This document shows, piece by piece, positions 7,532 through 8,894 of a stretch of 8,894 bases of DNA. Every line of letters starts with the position of its first letter. Positions within the stretch are counted from its first letter, which is position 1. The translations under genes were made by a program, and so were the position numbers. This DNA is from a virus (Duplodnaviria; Heunggongvirae; Uroviricota; Caudoviricetes): IMG/VR virus record IMGVR_UViG_2700989172_000005. One strand, written 5' to 3'. The notes beneath the pieces were generated by a model that made no database searches, was not told the DNA's origin, and saw only the letters and a list, made by a program, of their open reading frames with translations.

Positions 7532-7909
7532 GTGGACGGTTTCGATAATCTGTTTGATGCTGCGCTTGCCGGTGTCAATGAAGTCATTCTCCGTGATATG
7601 GGGATCAGCGCCGTCATTACGTCCGGAGAACTTGAGGGGACACACCTGACAGGGGTTTTTGATGATCCCGAAAGTATTTCTTTTGTTGCCGGGGGGATCC
7701 GGCTTGAGGATTCCTCACCGTGCCTGTTTGTGAAAACGGCAGATATATCGCAGTTACGCCGTCAGGATACGTTAACTATCGGGGATGATTCTTTCTTTGT
7801 GGATCGTATTACTCCGGATGACGGGGGATGCTGTTATATCCGGTTAAGGCGGGGCAGTCCTGCCCCACAGAATAATGCCAGAATGAGGCGATATGATGAA
7901 GGGACTTGA
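7532..7909 (+). CDS. FII: Head-tail joining protein (lambda FII-like)
   Basis: Product (M)DGFDNLFDAA...GVFDDPESISF...SSPCLFVKT...QLRRQDTLTIGDDSFFVDRITPDDGG matches lambda FII from recall (MADFDNLFDAA, GVFDDPENISY, SSPSLFVRT, QLRRGDTLTIGEENFWVDRVSPDDGG). GTG start at 7532 with AGGAG at 7522-7526. Confidence 0.9.
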   Translation: MDGFDNLFDAALAGVNEVILRDMGISAVITSGELEGTHLTGVFDDPESISFVAGGIRLEDSSPCLFVKTADISQLRRQDTLTIGDDSFFVDRITPDDGGCCYIRLRRGSPAPQNNARMRRYDEGT

Positions 7910-8480
7910 GAATGCCATCCGCAATCTGAACAGCCTCGATACCCGCATGGTGCCACAGACCAGCGCATGGGCGGTAAACCGTGTGGCGGCAAAGATTGTT
8001 TCTGTCGCCACACGGCAGGTTGCGCAGAATACCGTTGCCGGGGATAACCAGGTGAAAGGTATTCCCCTGAAAACGGTCAGGGAGCGTGTCAGGCTGCTTA
8101 AAGCCAGCCCCTCAGGAAAAATGTATGCCCGCATGCGTGTTAACCGGGGTAACCTGCCCGCCATTAAGCTGGGTACCGCACAGGTCAGACTGGCCCGCTC
8201 CCGGCATGGCAGCAACTCACGTCATCGTGGCAGCGTACTGAAAGTGGGGAAATACCTTTTCCGGGATGCGTTTATTCAGCAACTGGCGAATGGTCGCTGG
8301 CATGTGATGCGGCGTATTGACGGCAAAAATCGTTACCCCATTGATGTGGTGAAAATCCCGATGTCCGGACCGCTGACACAGGCATTTGAAGATGCCCGCG
8401 ACCGCATCATTGCTGCGGAAATGCCGAAACAGCTGGGGTATGCCCTGAAACAACAACTGAGGTTACATCTGAGTAAATGA
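7893..8480 (+). CDS. Z: Tail completion protein (lambda gpZ-like)
   Basis: Product MMKGLENAIRNL...VNRVAAKIVS...VNRGNLPAIKLG...AFIQQLANGRWHVMRRIDGKNRYPIDVVKIPMSGPLT...LGYALKQQLR matches lambda gpZ from recall (AFIQQLKNGRWHVMQRVAGKNRYPIDVVKIPMAVPLT). The start overlaps the FII 3' end, and the stop TGA 8478-8480 overlaps the gpU ATG. Confidence 0.92.
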   Translation: MMKGLENAIRNLNSLDTRMVPQTSAWAVNRVAAKIVSVATRQVAQNTVAGDNQVKGIPLKTVRERVRLLKASPSGKMYARMRVNRGNLPAIKLGTAQVRLARSRHGSNSRHRGSVLKVGKYLFRDAFIQQLANGRWHVMRRIDGKNRYPIDVVKIPMSGPLTQAFEDARDRIIAAEMPKQLGYALKQQLRLHLSK

Positions 8481-8878
8481 ACCGACACACACAAATCCGT
8501 CAGAGCGTGCTGGCACGCCTTCGGGAACAGTGTGGAGACAGCGCCACGTTTTTTGACGGGCTTCCGGCATTTATTGATGCGCAGGAACTGCCCGCCGTGG
8601 CGGTGTGGCTGAGTGATGCGCAGTACACCGGAAAAATGACGGATGAGGACGACTGGCAGGCTGTTCTGCATATTGCCGTTTTCGTCCGTGCACAGGCGCC
8701 GGATTCTGAGCTGGATACGTGGATGGAGAACACCATATTTCCGGCCATGAAGGATATTCCGGTGCTTTCCGGACTCATCGACACCATGATCCCACTCGGT
8801 TTTAACTATCAACGTGATAATGAGATGGCCACCTGGGCGATGGCGGAAATCACGTACCAGATCACGTACACGAATTAA
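8477..8878 (+). CDS. U: Tail terminator / tail tube terminator protein (lambda gpU-like)
   Basis: Product contains ATFFDG, PAVAVWLSDAQYTG, DDWQAVLHIAVF, APDSELDTWME and ITYQITY, matching lambda gpU from recall (ATFFDGRPAVFDEADFPAVAVYLTGAEYTG, PDSELDAWME, LTYVITY). ATG 8477 overlaps the gpZ stop as ATGA. Confidence 0.92.
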   Translation: MNRHTQIRQSVLARLREQCGDSATFFDGLPAFIDAQELPAVAVWLSDAQYTGKMTDEDDWQAVLHIAVFVRAQAPDSELDTWMENTIFPAMKDIPVLSGLIDTMIPLGFNYQRDNEMATWAMAEITYQITYTN

Positions 8879-8888
8879 GGAGGTGGTA

Positions 8889-8894
8889 ATGACC
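8889..8894 (+). CDS. Start of the next gene, presumably major tail protein (lambda gpV-like); only 2 codons in window
   Basis: Strong Shine-Dalgarno AGGAGG (8878-8883) 5 nt upstream of ATG 8889, immediately after the gpU stop. The identity as gpV is inferred from lambda gene order only. Confidence 0.45.

Noticed and set aside
6078-8812. Minus-strand and alternate-frame ORFs over gpE, Fi, FII, Z and U (6078..6599, 6451..6678, 6569..6778, 6729..7121, 6787..6984, 7118..7645, 7168..7434, 7384..7617, 7844..8215, 8217..8456, 8333..8812, 8500..8787)
   Set aside because: Embedded in conserved plus-strand genes with no ribosome-binding sites or homology; a uniformly plus-strand late operon makes antisense genes unlikely.
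1-8894. Search for a defence system, toxin-antitoxin, CRISPR array, tRNA or integrase/att site
   Set aside because: No direct-repeat/spacer arrays, no tRNA-like structures and no unassigned intergenic space. Every ORF of significant size is accounted for by a lambda head or tail homolog.

Overview
This window is the late structural (head-morphogenesis) module of a lambda-like siphovirus prophage from an enterobacterial host, not an undescribed system. All genes are on the + strand in canonical lambda order: Nu1 (C-terminal part only), terminase large subunit gpA, head completion gpW, portal gpB, head protease/scaffold gpC (with a nested Nu3-like scaffold start), decoration protein gpD, major capsid gpE, Fi, FII, tail completion gpZ, tail terminator gpU, and the first codons of major tail protein gpV. 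Identifications rest on recalled similarity of the ORF translations to phage lambda proteins; no database search was run. Genes are tightly packed with overlapping stop/start codons (ATGA junctions at W/B and Z/U), and I see no inserted cargo or moron gene, tRNA or CRISPR array. Points worth a second look are a +1 frameshift in the portal gene at a T6 run, a tandemly triplicated motif in the scaffold region of gpC that runs into a 128-N gap, an in-frame stop upstream of the Nu1-homologous region, and a terminator-like hairpin right after the major capsid gene.
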